Source: Patescibacteria group bacterium
GTDB lineage: Bacteria > Patescibacteriota > Minisyncoccia > Phycocordibacterales > SBAW01
Length of the DNA stretch: 64,000 nt
Assembly: GCA_028871115.1 (NCBI GenBank)
Contig: JAGWOD010000001.1
Location: forward strand, 4,736 to 68,735
Direction of reading: 5' to 3'
The notes below the pieces were generated by a model. That model was not told the origin of the DNA, did no database searches, and saw nothing but the letters and a program-made list of their open reading frames with translations. This document shows, one piece after another, positions 8,979 to 17,686 of the stretch. The stretch's first letter is position 1, and every line of letters begins with the position of its first letter. A program made the translations under genes and the position numbers.

Positions 8979-10769
8979 ATGAAAGTCTCCCGTACCTGGC
9001 TTCAGAAATTCTTCGATACACCGCTGCCGGAAGCAGCAGAGCTCGCCGAGGCTCTCACCTTCCATGCCTTTGAAATAGAAGGAATTGAAGAAAACGATAT
9101 CCTCGATGTAAAGGTCACACCCAACCGAGGGCATGATTGCCTCTCGCACAGAGGCATCGCCAAAGAGCTTTCTGCTATCCTTTCTATTCCACTCGCCCAC
9201 GACCCGTTTTCCGAAACTAAGAGTCTCTCGCTGAAGACAAAAGAGGTAACGGTATCGGTTGAAAATGAAACCCTCTGTCCCCGCTATATTGCAGCAATAA
9301 TCCGGGGGGTGAGGGTAGGACCTTCGCCGCGGTGGCTCTCCCTGCGCCTTGAAGCACTTGGCCAGCGATCTATAAATAACGTGGTTGATGCTACGAATTT
9401 CGTGATGTTCAATCTAGGGCAACCACTCCATGCATTTGATGCTGCAAAGCTCAAGAAGCGAGATGATACATGGAGCATTGCGGTTCGTAATGCTCGGGAA
9501 GGGGAGCGGATACACACTCTTGATGGGAAAGATTATACACTCACTTCATCTATTCTTGTCATCTCCGATCCAAACGCCGATGAAGCCATAGGTATTGCGG
9601 GAGTAAAAGGAGGAATGCCTGCCGCTATTACTGAGGAGACGGTTGATATCATTATCGAGTCGGCGAATTTCAATGGACCCTGTGTACGCAAAGGAGCCCA
9701 GACTCTCAAGTTGCGCACCGATGCTTCCTCGCGGTTCGAGCAGGATTTGAGCCCGGAACTCGCGGGTTACGCAATGAACTCGGTAGTTGAGCTTATACGT
9801 ACGCTCGCGGGGGGAGAAATTCTAGGAGTTGTTGATAAGTACCCGAACCCACAGAAGAAGCAAGAAGTTGCTGTCTCTCTTTCTAAAATCAACGCCATTC
9901 TCGGTACCACCTTTGATGACGATAAGATTGCGAATATTTTTTCGCGTCTTGGATTTTCTTTCAAACATGATGGGAAAGAATTTTTGGTTACAGCACCGCT
10001 AGAGCGTCTCGACATTCTTCTTCCTGAGGATCTTGCCGAGGAAGTGGGTCGCATTGCCGGATATGATGAAATTCCTCTCACTCCTCTTCCACCCCTTGGA
10101 GGGGAACCCGAGATCAATCAGAGTTTCTCTGCCGTTGAGCGCGCCCGAGAGGATTTCATCTCAAAAGGATATTCCGAAGTCATTACTTCTGTGTTTGCCG
10201 ATGCGGGGGAGCGTACCGTGGCAAATAAAATTGACGGTGTGCGGCCCTACTTGCGGAGTACCCTTACAGATAATTTGCAGAGTACCCTCAAGAGAAACCT
10301 TCCCAATAAAGAGCTCCTCGGTCTCAAAGAAATAAAACTCTTCGAAGTAGGACCTGTGTGGCGGAATGGGAAAGAAGTGTTAATGGTCGGCAGCGCGAGT
10401 GAAAAAGGGCGAGTAAATGAAGTACCGCTATCTCTTGAAGCTCATGTTCCACACTATGATACCCCGTCCCTCTCTCAACTGCGCCGATATCGTCCATTCT
10501 CTCGCTTTCCCTATATTGTGAGAGATGTAGCGCTATGGGTTCCAAACGGAACCAATGCTGAGGAAGTACTCCATCGTATTCAGGAGCATGCAGGATCTCT
10601 TGTCGTGAACAGCTATCTCTTCGACACCTTCAAAAAAGGAGAAAAAGAATCTCTTGCGTTTCGGCTTATATTCCAATCCTTTGAACGCACCCTTGAAGAT
10701 TCCGAGGCAAATCAAGTGATGGAAAAGATACACACTTTTTTGCGTGCGCAAGGGTTTGAAATACGTTGA
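8979..10769 (+). CDS. pheT: Phenylalanine-tRNA ligase beta subunit (short, no B2 OB-fold)
   Basis: TPNRGHDCLSHRGIAKE, QPLHAFD, LRTDASSRFE, DLAEEVGR and C-terminal SRFP..RDVAL anticodon-binding domain. Confidence 0.95.
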   Translation: MKVSRTWLQKFFDTPLPEAAELAEALTFHAFEIEGIEENDILDVKVTPNRGHDCLSHRGIAKELSAILSIPLAHDPFSETKSLSLKTKEVTVSVENETLCPRYIAAIIRGVRVGPSPRWLSLRLEALGQRSINNVVDATNFVMFNLGQPLHAFDAAKLKKRDDTWSIAVRNAREGERIHTLDGKDYTLTSSILVISDPNADEAIGIAGVKGGMPAAITEETVDIIIESANFNGPCVRKGAQTLKLRTDASSRFEQDLSPELAGYAMNSVVELIRTLAGGEILGVVDKYPNPQKKQEVAVSLSKINAILGTTFDDDKIANIFSRLGFSFKHDGKEFLVTAPLERLDILLPEDLAEEVGRIAGYDEIPLTPLPPLGGEPEINQSFSAVERAREDFISKGYSEVITSVFADAGERTVANKIDGVRPYLRSTLTDNLQSTLKRNLPNKELLGLKEIKLFEVGPVWRNGKEVLMVGSASEKGRVNEVPLSLEAHVPHYDTPSLSQLRRYRPFSRFPYIVRDVALWVPNGTNAEEVLHRIQEHAGSLVVNSYLFDTFKKGEKESLAFRLIFQSFERTLEDSEANQVMEKIHTFLRAQGFEIR

Positions 10770-10863
10770 AAATAGGGGATTTTTTCGTTTTCTCTCCTGT
10801 TGAGAATCTTCCCAGAATTTGCTAAAATAAAGGGGTCGGGAAACGACCTTTTTTCGTTTAATC

Positions 10864-12936
10864 ATGGCTCAAAAAAGCAAAGAAGAAAAAGCGGCTGCAA
10901 AGACCGCAGTGGGCGCCTATAGCGCGGAATCTATCACGGTTCTTGAGGGGCTTGAGGCGGTACGCCGCCGTCCGGGCATGTACATAGGTACTACCGGATC
11001 CGATGGTCTCCACCACCTTATCTGGGAAGTCTTTGATAACTCTCGCGACGAGGCGATGGGAGGTTTCGCGGACGACATTGAGGTAGTGCTTCTGCCGGAA
11101 AATAGTATTCGTGTGGCGGACAATGGCCGCGGTATTCCGGTTGATGTCCACAAACAGACGAAGGTCTCCGCGCTTGAGACGGTCATGACTACTCTACACG
11201 CGGGGGGAAAGTTCGGAGGAGACGGCTATAAAGTCTCAGGAGGTCTCCACGGGGTTGGTGTCTCGGTGGTGAACGCTCTCTCCGTGTATGTGCAGGCCGA
11301 GGTACATCGGGACGGAGGCGTATATATGCAGGAGTACGCGCGGGGTAAAAAGAAAGCGTCGGTAAAAAAAATCGGAGCCTCGAAACTCCACGGCACCGTA
11401 ATTACTTTTTCCGCTGATCCGGAGATCTTCAATAAAATTGAATATGACTTCGATAAAATAGTGGCGCATCTACGAGAGCAGGCCTATCTCGTGAAGGGGC
11501 TGCGTATCAGCGTCATTGATGCTCGCGGAGGGAGCCTCAAATCTCCAGAGGCTGGGAAGGATCTCTACATACGCTCCCTACTTTCCGATTGTCCTTCCAT
11601 GACCTTCTACTTTGAAGGGGGACTTAAATCACTGGTTTCCTACTACAACCGCTATCAGAAACCTATCCATAAAAATATTTTCTATGTTGAGAAAGAGGAA
11701 GACAAGGTAGATGTCGAGATCTCCCTTCAGTACGTCGATGATGTAGCGGCACGCATGGTTGCGTTCGCCAATAATATTTACAACAGCGAAGGTGGAACGC
11801 ACGTGACAGGTTTTAAGACCGCACTCACGCGCTCGCTTAATGCCTATGCCCGTAAAAATAATCTCGCGAAGGAAAGCGATGAGAATTTTACGGGGGAGGA
11901 TGTCCTCGAAGGCCTCACGGCAGTCGTATCCGTAAAAATGCGGGAGATCCAATTTGAAGGCCAGACAAAGGGTAAATTGGGAAGCGTAGAAGCACGTGGC
12001 GCTGTTGAAACGGTATTTAGCGAAGCGTTTAGTTATTTCCTTGAAGAGAATCCGGATGATGCTCGGGCCATTATCGGCAAATCACTCCTTGCCATGAAAG
12101 CGCGCAAGGCAGCAAAGGCCGCAAAGGATTCAGTTCTGCGCAAAGGAGCCCTTGAAGGATTTGGACTGCCGGGCAAGCTCGCCGATTGTCAGAGCAAAGA
12201 GGCCGAAGAGTCTGAACTTTTCATTGTGGAGGGAGATTCCGCTGGAGGCTCAGGCAAACAGGGGCGTGATCGCCGTACCCAGGCGATTCTTCCACTGCGC
12301 GGGAAGATCCTCAACGTGGAGCGGGCCCGGCTCGATAAGATGCTTGCCTCCCAGGAAATCAGATATCTTATCCTCGCACTTGGCACTGCGATTGGTGACG
12401 TATTCGACCTATCGAAGCTTCGGTATCACAAAATCATCATTGCGACCGATGCCGACGTCGATGGAGCACATATCAGGACACTCCTCCTCACGCTTTTTTA
12501 CCGGCACTTCCGCCCAGTCATAGAAGGAGGATATCTCTATATTGCGCAACCGCCGCTTTATAAAATAAAGCGCGGTAAGGAAATTTTGTATGCATACTCT
12601 GACGATGACAAAATGAAACTACTCGGCAAAGATGCAGAAATCTCCGAGGAACCCCCCGAAGCGGGAGAGGAGAAGGACCCTGAGGCAGGGGAGGATGTTT
12701 CTGCAAAAGGGAAAAAACAAAAGATCTCCATTCAGCGCTACAAAGGTCTCGGCGAGATGAATCCTGAGGAGTTGTGGGAGACAACCATGGACCCTGCGCG
12801 CCGACAACTTAAACTTGTGACCATCGAAGATGCACAGGACGCTGACAGAGTGTTCGATATCCTTATGGGTGAGGATGTCCTATCACGTAAATCATTTATT
12901 CAAAGTAACGCCAAGCTTGCCAACCTCGATATATAA
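10864..12936 (+). CDS. gyrB: DNA gyrase subunit B
   Basis: LEAVRRRPGMYIG, HAGGKFG, VEGDSAGG, PLRGKILN, DADVDG and QRYKGLGEMN. Confidence 0.96.
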   Translation: MAQKSKEEKAAAKTAVGAYSAESITVLEGLEAVRRRPGMYIGTTGSDGLHHLIWEVFDNSRDEAMGGFADDIEVVLLPENSIRVADNGRGIPVDVHKQTKVSALETVMTTLHAGGKFGGDGYKVSGGLHGVGVSVVNALSVYVQAEVHRDGGVYMQEYARGKKKASVKKIGASKLHGTVITFSADPEIFNKIEYDFDKIVAHLREQAYLVKGLRISVIDARGGSLKSPEAGKDLYIRSLLSDCPSMTFYFEGGLKSLVSYYNRYQKPIHKNIFYVEKEEDKVDVEISLQYVDDVAARMVAFANNIYNSEGGTHVTGFKTALTRSLNAYARKNNLAKESDENFTGEDVLEGLTAVVSVKMREIQFEGQTKGKLGSVEARGAVETVFSEAFSYFLEENPDDARAIIGKSLLAMKARKAAKAAKDSVLRKGALEGFGLPGKLADCQSKEAEESELFIVEGDSAGGSGKQGRDRRTQAILPLRGKILNVERARLDKMLASQEIRYLILALGTAIGDVFDLSKLRYHKIIIATDADVDGAHIRTLLLTLFYRHFRPVIEGGYLYIAQPPLYKIKRGKEILYAYSDDDKMKLLGKDAEISEEPPEAGEEKDPEAGEDVSAKGKKQKISIQRYKGLGEMNPEELWETTMDPARRQLKLVTIEDAQDADRVFDILMGEDVLSRKSFIQSNAKLANLDI

Positions 12937-12965
12937 AAAACTCCCGCTTTTAAGCGGGAGTTTTT
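12936..12965. terminator. Bidirectional intrinsic terminator between convergent gyrB and the 12979-14028 gene
   Basis: AAAAACTCCCGCTT-tt-AAGCGGGAGTTTTT. Confidence 0.85.
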
Positions 12966-12978
12966 AGGTTGCAGGGAT

Positions 12979-14028
12979 TTAGTAGATTGTGGCGCTCGCT
13001 GTATTGTTTGCGAAATTCACGTCACCAGTCCTCTCTCCGGGGTCAGCCGTTATAGTGACCACTCCACTGGAGAGGTAGCCGCCGTTTCCTTGCGCTCCGT
13101 AGCAGGGAGCGGGGTACCCGATTGGATAGACAGGTGCCGTAGGATTGCAGTTTGACTCCTGGGAGTAGATCGGAGCCCTCCAGTTGAGCGTGTATACGAT
13201 ATAGCCTCCTGGAGGAAGCGCCTGTTGGGGTGCTGAGATGTAGGTATATGCAGGGGAGAGAGGAAGCGAAGCGGTGAAGATCCAGCCAGCGGGGGCAGTG
13301 AGAGAGCCCGCATTTCCTATTTCGAACTCCACGCTGCCCTGGCCTGCCGAGAGGATGCGCACTGACAGATCCACGCCTGCTACTTCCTGTGCGGGGTAAC
13401 CTTTGGAGACGCCTTTTACTGAGTAGCCTTTAGTTGCCGGAGCGGTTGCCACGGGGGCAGTTGTTTTTGTGGGTGCGATGGTTACCGACGCGCTTCCTGT
13501 CGCGGTTATGGCCCCTGTCGCGAGATTGACGGCTGAGACACTGATTTCTGTTGCCACATTCTTTTCTCCTGGGACATGCGGAATAAGGAGCATGTGCTCG
13601 GTCGCGTCCACATAATTAAAGGGAGTATTGCAGGGAACCGCCTGATATGCGCCGGTAGGAATAGGAGCATCAAGCGAAAGGCCGCTCGTACATGCGTAGG
13701 AAATTTCGTACCCGTATGCTCCCTCAGAGGGAGCAGCACTGTTTATGCTGTGCGTCCAAGAAACCATAAATGCGCTGCCTGAGGGCAGAGTACTTGAGGC
13801 GATCGAAACTACTACCACCTGATTCACTTGAGCTTGAGTGGGGGTGCTTGTCGATGTTTGAGGAGAAAACGGTTGGGAGAATAGGGAAGAGAACCCACCG
13901 CCGATCTCTCCAAGTACATTAGGGATATTGGAGGCAACGATAATGATGCCCCAAGCCCCGAGAATGAGGAGTAGTACCAGTCCGACTACGGTAAGGATGC
14001 GGAGCAGCTCCGTTCGCGTTTTTTCCAT
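12979..14028 (-). CDS. Membrane-anchored surface protein with Ig/CARDB-like domains
   Basis: N-terminal TM, S/T/P-rich linkers, and DLSVRIL..FEIGNAG..ITADP..DVNFANNTASATI (CARDB-like end). Confidence 0.6.
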   Translation of the reverse strand: MEKTRTELLRILTVVGLVLLLILGAWGIIIVASNIPNVLGEIGGGFSSLFSQPFSPQTSTSTPTQAQVNQVVVVSIASSTLPSGSAFMVSWTHSINSAAPSEGAYGYEISYACTSGLSLDAPIPTGAYQAVPCNTPFNYVDATEHMLLIPHVPGEKNVATEISVSAVNLATGAITATGSASVTIAPTKTTAPVATAPATKGYSVKGVSKGYPAQEVAGVDLSVRILSAGQGSVEFEIGNAGSLTAPAGWIFTASLPLSPAYTYISAPQQALPPGGYIVYTLNWRAPIYSQESNCNPTAPVYPIGYPAPCYGAQGNGGYLSSGVVTITADPGERTGDVNFANNTASATIY

Positions 14029-14037
14029 GGTGCCGCG

Positions 14038-14105
14038 AAGATATCATTGATAATCAATACTGTCAAGAACCCTTACTTGACAGCAACGTTATTTTAGGGT
14101 ATGCT
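14038..14105. promoter_or_regulatory. Back-to-back divergent sigma70-type promoters
   Basis: Minus strand: TTGACA (14061-66), 17 nt, TATCTT (14038-43). Plus strand: TTGACA (14077-82), 17 nt, TATGCT (14100-05). Confidence 0.65.
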
Positions 14106-14904
14106 TTCCAAAGCCTTGCAAATGCGAGGTAAAAGGAGCACCGTCACGGTGGATAGAAAACGCTCCTCCGTGAAGGACCCTCATAAGCACATAGACATGG
14201 ATTTGAAAGGAAAAGGCATCGTACTGGAGATAGAGGAACATCGCGTCGGCTTTTCGCTGGCGTTCATCCTTATTTTCACGGGAAGTTTTCTTTTTCTCGC
14301 GGTCCTCAACGTACTGCCCGATCCGACGGCGCAGTGGAATGAGGAGCACGGCGGTACGCCGGTTCCTGAGTACTCGCAGCCTTCATCGGTTGCAAGTACT
14401 ACTTCTTCTGCGCAGGGAAATACTGCCACTACCTCGGTAGCTGCTTTCTACGAGCAACCGGTCCGTATTGTCATTGATTCTATATCGCTTGATGTGGCGG
14501 TCTCGAACCCAACATCAACCAATGTCGGTGTCCTCGACAGCTGGCTTCTTAAGGGAGCAGTGCGCTATCCGACCTCCGCACTCTTGGGACAGTTTGGCAC
14601 CGTGCTCCTCTTCGGGCACTCGAGCTATCTCACTATCCCAGGGGATCAACCGTATAAGACCTTTGACGGTATACAGAATCTTCGAACAGGCGATGAGATC
14701 AGCGTCTATTCCTCAACCAAGGAATACCGCTACCGCGTGACTGGGGTGCGCCAGGCGAACGTCAACGATCAAAATACGTCGACGATTGAATTGCCCTCCA
14801 ACGGCCAATTCCTCACCCTCATTACTTGTGATTCCTTTGCAACTAAATCTGACCGATTTGTTGTCACTGCTCAGTTTGTAGGAACCTATTCGCTCGCGAG
14901 TTAA
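14101..14904 (+). CDS. Sortase (true start probably downstream, ATG 14122 or 14197)
   Basis: TM anchor; catalytic His in LFGHSS, TLITC motif and downstream Arg (DRFVV). Confidence 0.9.
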   Translation: MLSKALQMRGKRSTVTVDRKRSSVKDPHKHIDMDLKGKGIVLEIEEHRVGFSLAFILIFTGSFLFLAVLNVLPDPTAQWNEEHGGTPVPEYSQPSSVASTTSSAQGNTATTSVAAFYEQPVRIVIDSISLDVAVSNPTSTNVGVLDSWLLKGAVRYPTSALLGQFGTVLLFGHSSYLTIPGDQPYKTFDGIQNLRTGDEISVYSSTKEYRYRVTGVRQANVNDQNTSTIELPSNGQFLTLITCDSFATKSDRFVVTAQFVGTYSLAS

Positions 14905-15068
14905 TCGCGGACGGATAGGTCCTTGCAACCCGGCATCCTCATATCTACGGACTCCGTACACATGAGTATGCCGTGAAGTGCATGGGCTCGGGCAAAGCGC
15001 CCGAAGCACCTTTCCATCAACCCCGCTTGGCTATGTTCTAGCCAGGCACTTTCTGGAGGTTAACGACA

Positions 15069-15602
15069 ATGGCTACTACGAAAAACGGTAAGTCGAAGAA
15101 GACTACTCCGAACCCCAACCTGATCAAGGTGATGTTCGAGGGCGTCCTCGATGTCTTCTTGCCCAAGAACTTCTCGACTCTCGCGCCTGCGGCCCCCGGC
15201 CCGGCTCCGACTCCACCGAAAAGTCCTCCGGTTCCGCCGGTGCATATCGGCAGTTCGAGGCACATCGGCTGGCCTGCCGTCGCGCTGGCCCTGTTGGCGC
15301 TCATCGGCGTGATCTGGCTCATCGACAACGGCTTTCCTCACCCGATCCGTCACATCGCGCTTCCCATGATTGGCGGCACGCAGAAGACAGCGGAAGTGAC
15401 CAGTACTCCGGAATGCCAGCGCGGCTGGTCCTGGAATTCGGCTCACGGCCGCTGCGAGTCTCCGACGCCTCAGAGCGAGCTCAAGCAGTACGATGTCGCG
15501 AAGGCGAATTGCAAGCCCGGCGACATCAAGCCAGTCAAGGTCAGCGTTCCGGGTCATCCGGATGTGGAGCGGATCGTGATGCAGAAGTGCGTCTACCGCT
15601 AA
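15069..15602 (+). CDS. Orphan single-pass membrane protein, Pro-rich linker, Cys-containing C-terminal domain
   Basis: SD GGAGGT 8 nt upstream; TM AVALALLALIGVIWLI; four Cys in the C-terminal part. Confidence 0.65.
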   Translation: MATTKNGKSKKTTPNPNLIKVMFEGVLDVFLPKNFSTLAPAAPGPAPTPPKSPPVPPVHIGSSRHIGWPAVALALLALIGVIWLIDNGFPHPIRHIALPMIGGTQKTAEVTSTPECQRGWSWNSAHGRCESPTPQSELKQYDVAKANCKPGDIKPVKVSVPGHPDVERIVMQKCVYR

Positions 15603-15611
15603 CTTTCAACA

Positions 15612-15665
15612 GGACTCGGCGGAGTAGGTGTTTACACACCTACTCCGCCGAGCTCCATTTTTTTC
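15612..15665 (+). terminator. Long intrinsic terminator (17-bp perfect stem)
   Basis: CTCGGCGGAGTAGGTGT-ttac-ACACCTACTCCGCCGAG followed shortly by a T-run. Confidence 0.8.
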
Positions 15666-15748
15666 TTGTGTTGGACTGTTTGTTCGCAATGACGTTGCGA
15701 ATAAGAAGACCCACACAAGGGTCGGCAAGCGCTACAAGGAGGAATCCA

Positions 15749-16285
15749 ATGCGCACCTTCGCCGCCCTCTTGGGAGGGCTGATGTTCTTTTCGCTTATCT
15801 GTTTCCCTTCCGTGACGTCGGCCGACGGCATGCCCGTACCCCAGCAGCAGGAATGCTCCGGATGTACGGCGTATGAGAATGCCCACGCCAAACCGAAGCC
15901 CACGAAGATCCGCCTTGTCTGTTATAAGTTCGAACAGCAGGCAAAGGATGCGGTGGTATTGACCATCCTCGATGTTCGAGGAATGACGCTTCCGCAGGAC
16001 CCCACAAAGCTCGATGCGCTTCTGAGCCAGCTCATTGCGGGCAAAGATCACATCGTTCATCGAGCTGCGTCTAAGGTCGCCAAGCCGCTCGACGAATATT
16101 GTATCGGGAAGTGGCGTGTGATCGAGGTCCTGAAGGAGGGCTACCTGGTCATTCTCTGCAACGGTCTGCCGGGCGGAAACAAGAAGGCCGTATTCAGGCC
16201 CGCCGACAGTCAGGCGATCCTGAACGGGGAGTATAGGCGGGCGTGCCTCGCGAATCATTGCGAACACGCTACGCACTCGCTCTAA
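15749..16285 (+). CDS. Orphan secreted Cys-containing protein
   Basis: SD AAGGAGG 6 nt before ATG 15749; signal peptide MRTFAALLGGLMFFSLICFPSVTSA. Confidence 0.65.
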   Translation: MRTFAALLGGLMFFSLICFPSVTSADGMPVPQQQECSGCTAYENAHAKPKPTKIRLVCYKFEQQAKDAVVLTILDVRGMTLPQDPTKLDALLSQLIAGKDHIVHRAASKVAKPLDEYCIGKWRVIEVLKEGYLVILCNGLPGGNKKAVFRPADSQAILNGEYRRACLANHCEHATHSL

Positions 16286-16293
16286 AGTCGGTT

Positions 16294-16324
16294 TGTCTCG
16301 GGCGGCCCAAAACCGCCCGAGACA
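16294..16324 (+). terminator. Intrinsic terminator-like hairpin
   Basis: TGTCTCGGGCGG-cccaaaa-CCGCCCGAGACA. Confidence 0.65.
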
Positions 16325-16340
16325 CCCCTATTTTAAGTAC

Positions 16341-16368
16341 TTGACAAAACGAATGATTCATTTATAAT
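16341..16368 (+). promoter_or_regulatory. Consensus sigma70 promoter with palindromic spacer
   Basis: TTGACA, 16 nt, TATAAT; the spacer contains the inverted repeat AATGA-T-TCATT. Confidence 0.8.
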
Positions 16369-16392
16369 TACTTTTGTTCAAATTAGATTGTT

Positions 16393-17601
16393 ATGAAAAA
16401 CACCTCCAAAAATAACGTTTCTTTTCTTTTTAAAGCCACAGTAATGGCAGTTATCTCTATTGGCATGTTTGCTGGTTCTCTTCAGTTTGCCCAAGCGCAG
16501 GAGACTCTGGATGGAGGCTGTTGCGGCTCAACTGGCTGGGACACCACTGGGGGTACAGACTCCTACGCTCCTTCGACGGGTTGGGATACTACGTCAGGAA
16601 CTGATTCCTATGTTCCTAGCACCGGCTGGGACACCACTGCGGGTACAGATTCCTATGTACCCTCAACTGGTTGGGACACGATTTCAGGAACTGATTCTTA
16701 TGTGCCGTATAGTTCGGCTCCGACCTATACCGCTTCAGGTGACTATACAGCCACCGGTAGCTACCTCCCTTCATATGGATATAGTTCAGCTTCTTACGGT
16801 GGGTATGCTCTCGGAGGCGCGTTTGGCTACAGCAATCCTTCTTACAGTCGCGTCTACGCACCGACGACGGTACTCACCAATACCATCGATAACGGGAACA
16901 GCTGTACTGCTATAAATAGCTGCAATACGAATACTACGGTCTCATCGCCGACAACCATCAGCTATAACAATTCTTCGCCGAGCTACCCTCTTTACCCCAT
17001 TTATCCTAGCTACCCTTCGTATCCGACCTATCCTTCGGCATATCAAGCTCCGACCTGCTCAATCCAAGTTTCTCCCTCAGTAGTCGCCTATGGGCAAGGA
17101 GTGACCCTCTCATGGACAAGTTCTGGAGCTACGTCAGGCAATATCTCTAATATTGGAAACGTCGCTCCGTCGGGCACTACCTACCTCAACGCGTACCAGA
17201 CGATTGTCTACAATGGCACCTTCTATGGTCCGGCTGGCTCTACGAATTGCTCGGCTACTATATCCGTCTCTGGATACAACAATCCCGCTCCGTACGTAAC
17301 CCTCAGTCAAGTGCCCTACACTGGCCTTGATCTGGGACCGACCGGCACCGCGCTCTACTGGCTCTTCCTTGTCCTTTGGTGTGCTATCGCTGCCTACTTT
17401 ATAGCGGTAAAGAAAATCCACATCCGAATCATCAATTGGTCTCGGGGATTCTTCCTCGGTGACGCGGATACGGTAGCTCATCCAGCCTACCAAGGGGCAC
17501 ACTCCAGCGCTGCGAAGCATTCGCTAGCCCACACTGTTCAGTCAGGAGTTGATACGGTAGATAATTTTATCCTCGCTCAGGTTCATCGCGGACATCGGTA
17601 A
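16393..17601 (+). CDS. Secreted S/T/Y-rich repeat surface protein with putative sortase signal (VPYTG + TM + KK)
   Basis: Signal peptide, 4 x 15-aa repeats, (YPS)n tract, Ig-like segment, then LSQVPYTG-TM-VKK. Confidence 0.75.
   Translation: MKNTSKNNVSFLFKATVMAVISIGMFAGSLQFAQAQETLDGGCCGSTGWDTTGGTDSYAPSTGWDTTSGTDSYVPSTGWDTTAGTDSYVPSTGWDTISGTDSYVPYSSAPTYTASGDYTATGSYLPSYGYSSASYGGYALGGAFGYSNPSYSRVYAPTTVLTNTIDNGNSCTAINSCNTNTTVSSPTTISYNNSSPSYPLYPIYPSYPSYPTYPSAYQAPTCSIQVSPSVVAYGQGVTLSWTSSGATSGNISNIGNVAPSGTTYLNAYQTIVYNGTFYGPAGSTNCSATISVSGYNNPAPYVTLSQVPYTGLDLGPTGTALYWLFLVLWCAIAAYFIAVKKIHIRIINWSRGFFLGDADTVAHPAYQGAHSSAAKHSLAHTVQSGVDTVDNFILAQVHRGHR
16531..16710 (+). repeat. Four in-frame 45-nt tandem repeats encoding TGWDT(T/I)xGTDSY(A/V)P(S/Y)
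   Basis: Units start at 16531, 16576, 16621 and 16666. Units 1/3 and 2/4 share many synonymous codons. Confidence 0.9.
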
Positions 17602-17635
17602 TTTCCTTTAGGGAAGAGATGCGAGGTTCCAAAAC

Positions 17636-17673
17636 ACACACAATCCCAGCGGCAATCCGCTGGGATTGTGTGT
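17636..17673. terminator. Hairpin terminator between convergent surface-protein gene and thrS
   Basis: 17-bp perfect stem ACACACAATCCCAGCGG-caat-CCGCTGGGATTGTGTGT. Confidence 0.8.
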
Positions 17674-17686
17674 TGAAAGAGCCCTC

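Noticed and set aside
14985-15010. c-di-GMP-I riboswitch (GGGCAAA)
   Set aside because: The GNRA/receptor two-stem architecture and remaining consensus are absent. Kept only as an unknown structure.
15604-15676. Integron attC site (..CAAC ... GTTGGAC)
   Set aside because: The arms are strongly asymmetric and the core is a perfect stem plus U-tract (a terminator). No integrase and no repeated attC sites.
16531-16710. Possible CRISPR array
   Set aside because: Units are contiguous, in-frame 45-mers varying mainly at synonymous sites, with no unique spacers and no cas genes.
16531-16710. Graspetide/RiPP precursor (Thr/Asp-rich repeats) modified by the ATP-grasp enzyme
   Set aside because: The repeats lie inside a secreted TM-anchored protein, and the ATP-grasp gene is 26 kb away and CphA-like rather than a graspetide synthetase.
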